A program made the translations under genes and the position numbers. A DNA stretch of 61,080 nt, filler included, from Fonticula-like sp. SCN 57-25 (Eukaryota): NCBI GenBank assembly GCA_001724245.1. It is 7 parts of 7 records of this genome, joined end to end, with 100 filler letters (N's around TTAATTAATTAA, not from the genome) between each part and the next. Parts side by side here need not be neighbours in the genome. Positions count along the whole stretch, not along the records: positions 49,020 to 61,080 come from MEDX01000404.1; 6 more parts are not named here. One strand, 5' to 3'. The notes beneath the pieces were generated by a model, which was not told the origin of the DNA, made no database searches, and saw nothing but the letters and a program-made list of their open reading frames with translations. Shown here in pieces: positions 58,830 through 61,080 of the stretch; the first letter of the stretch is position 1, and each line of letters opens with the position of its first letter.

Positions 58830-59963
58830 CTACTCGTAGCCAATTGTCAGCTTGCATTGCTCATGATGAGGTTCAAATGATTGCAAAAGTGGGCGCCACG
58901 TTCGCCTTGTCGAGGGCAGCATCGATGTTTCCCGCGACTCTAGATGGAAGAAGCGCCCGCACGACACGCACGGCGCCTTGAACAAATCATGGTAAGCGTG
59001 TAGCCATCTCTGCAAAAACATCGCCGTGTTAGATCGCGCGGAAATTCAGGCGCGAGCACGTACGACCGCGTCGATCAGTCTCGATCTCCACGCGTGGCCT
59101 TGGACCGCCGCAAATTGCACGCGCGCACGCATCCCAATCTTTTCAAACACCTTGAGCGTGGTGGCTTCTTCGGCCGTGGCGCACTTGGCGTCACCGCTCG
59201 CGACGGGCGCAACGCCAACGTGAGCGATGCCGACGATGCGGCGCGAGTCGCCCGTGCCCCTCCAGCGCATCACGAGCACCGCGCGCAAGACGCCTTCCAC
59301 GGTGATCGTGGCGCGCAGCGTTGCGCCACTGCCACTCAATTGCACTACAGGCGGCGGTGGCGGCATCGTTGCATTCTTGGAAAGAGGCATGCAGCCCGCG
59401 GCCGTCCGCAATGCCCGCTCGAATTCCTCCACCGACCACCCGACGGGCTTGAGCGAAAAGGCGCCGGAAAAGCTGCGCGGTACACCCACGCGACGCAGAG
59501 AAGGCGCCCACGTCCCCTCGGTCTGACTCCCTCCCAAAGATTCTCCAAGAAGTGTTTCGAATGCGCCGCCAAACCTCGATGTGACCCAGCAGTGGTTGTC
59601 CTTGAGATTGCGAAGTGTGAGAAGCTGCCGGCGCGTCTCTTCGGATACGCCGTCAAGGTACATCTCTTCAGGAAAAACCGTTCTCTCCTCGCGCTCAAGC
59701 TGAGCCTCCGCTGGCGTGTCGATCTCCTGGATCTGTTGCACTGTCGACCGCAGCGATCCATGAAAGACGCGAAGAGCCGACTCCAAGCGCGGACGCCAGT
59801 CACCGTTAACCTGTCCAGGTGGTGCCACGCACTGCTCAAGCAGCGCTGTTACATTGGCACGATGACGGTGAAGCTGTGAAACAGCACTGCGAACGTCTTT
59901 CGCGCGCGCGGAAAGCACTGCGGCCGTACTCGCAGCCGAAGGCGATGCTGGCGCGTCCCCCAT
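58830..59963 (-). CDS. MED27: Mediator subunit 27
   Basis: Last exon WLHAYHDLFKAPCVSCGRFF..LPSTRR..HEQC matches the MED27 C-terminal zinc module; KVFEKI lies upstream. Confidence 0.8.
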
Positions 59964-60119
59964 CCTCGCAGGGCAACCGGCAGTATGATTGGCTGATTAT
60001 TCGATGGCGGGCCAATAAAGAAAAATTATTCAATAATACGGACCAATAAGGGGTGGCGCTTCATAGCCGACTTGGCCATCAGACCACTTTGAGAGGCTGC
60101 TGGTGATTGTCAACACACC

Positions 60120-60697
60120 ATGGCGTCGGCGTCTGCGCGCTTCACGGCGTTCCTCAATCACCCTGCAGGTGTGCTCGTTTGTACACATAGTGACGTGTTT
60201 TGACGGTCTTTCCGCTTGATTTCTAGGGCCCAAGACAGTACACTTTTGGGCTCCCGCCATGAAGTGGGTACGTTGTAGATGTGGGTGTAGGACACTTCCT
60301 ACCCCCTGCATTCCCTGCTAAGCTGTACACGATGCTGACGCATTTTTTATAGGCGCTGGTTATTGCCGGTTTGTCCGACATTAACCGCCCGGTTCAGAAT
60401 ATGAGTGAGCTGCAGCAGGGAGGTGCGTCCATCTCGCTTGCTTTCTCTCGATGTTCACACATGCCCCAGGTCTTGCGCTCACTGGCATCATCTGGTCGCG
60501 TTACTCGACTCAGATTACGCCAGTCAACTACAACCTGCTGAGCGTTAACGTGTTTGTGGCGCTCACGGGCCTCTATCAGGTGGGCCGCATTATTAAGTGC
60601 GTATAGTGTTTCCGCCCTCGCCCCCTGTAAAACTCACTGTTCTCCCGCTAGGTATCGTTATGAGCAGCGCGCCCTGCCGCCGTCAGTATCCGCTTGA
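60120..60697 (+). CDS. MPC2: Mitochondrial pyruvate carrier 2, 5 small exons (missed by the ORF track)
   Basis: Spliced NHPA|GPKTVHFWAPAMKW|ALVIAGLSDINRP..|LALTGIIWSRYSTQITPVNYNLLSVNVFV..TGLYQ. Confidence 0.95.
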
Positions 60698-60829
60698 ATT
60701 GAACTCGGAGCTGTCCTATTGAAAGTTCCGTAGGAATTTGCGAATTGTACTATTATCAAACGCAATACACACATAATTGAACTACAATTTATCTATGGTA
60801 CACGGGATGGCGGGCGACACCAAGTCGGG

Positions 60830-61045
60830 TCACCGCTGCGAGAGGCGGCCAATGGATGAGCTCCGCCTATGCACAAACTGAAAGTCAACATGCCGGTTTT
60901 TGCTCTCCTCCTATATCAAACAGTTAGCAGTTCGTCTCGGCAAGCTCGCGGACGCACCTTCTCCCAGGATAGGCTGATGGCCGGCCGCTGCTCGTAAATA
61001 ATGTTGGATTCATCAGTGGAGCCAACCGCTGGCGCCATTGAAACT
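60830..61045 (-). CDS. Last two exons of an unidentified gene entering from the right edge
   Basis: Acceptor at 61046, a gtgcgt..atag intron, and open frame VSMAPAV..SWEK|EESKNRH..RLSQR*. Confidence 0.45.
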
Positions 61046-61080
61046 CTGACAAGTAAAAGGTCAAAAAACGCAAACAAAAA

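Noticed and set aside
14-60697. Alternative genetic code (stop reassignment) to explain fragmented ORFs
   Set aside because: In-frame stops fall inside GT-AG introns, and conserved genes end at the expected positions with TAA (PP1), TAG (VMA16) and TGA (FEN1, MPC2).

Overview
Eukaryotic nuclear DNA, not prokaryotic. The window is seven unrelated contigs joined by 100-bp N/TTAATTAATTAA linkers (1-7063, 7164-16886, 16987-25326, 25427-33356, 33457-41797, 41898-48919, 49020-61080), so adjacency across linkers means nothing. The genome is very compact and GC-rich, with about 40 complete or partial protein genes, mostly 40-60 nt GT-AG introns with GT[AGT]CG donors, standard stop usage and many head-to-head gene pairs. 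Fungal-style genes (two-domain Vps10, Ras1-type, Nnf1) sit beside genes best known from animals (NAA80, B3GNTL1/QTGAL, TRIM37, CUL2). This suggests a unicellular opisthokont, probably an early-diverging holomycotan (inference). Most interesting: (1) an accessory island in contig 1 with a Helentron/Helitron2-like relic carrying a decayed Pif1 helicase end, next to an intronless PD-(D/E)xK nuclease-kinase of Crinkler-effector type; (2) a Ras paralogue with an intact effector loop, degenerate G1/G3/G5 boxes and a broken splice acceptor; (3) E2F and CDE/CHR-type motifs in front of cell-cycle genes; (4) an LRR protein with DPW/NPW and LFa-like trafficking motifs; (5) a nested palindrome array at the start of contig 7. 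All calls come from reading motifs by eye; exon boundaries are approximate and no searches were run.
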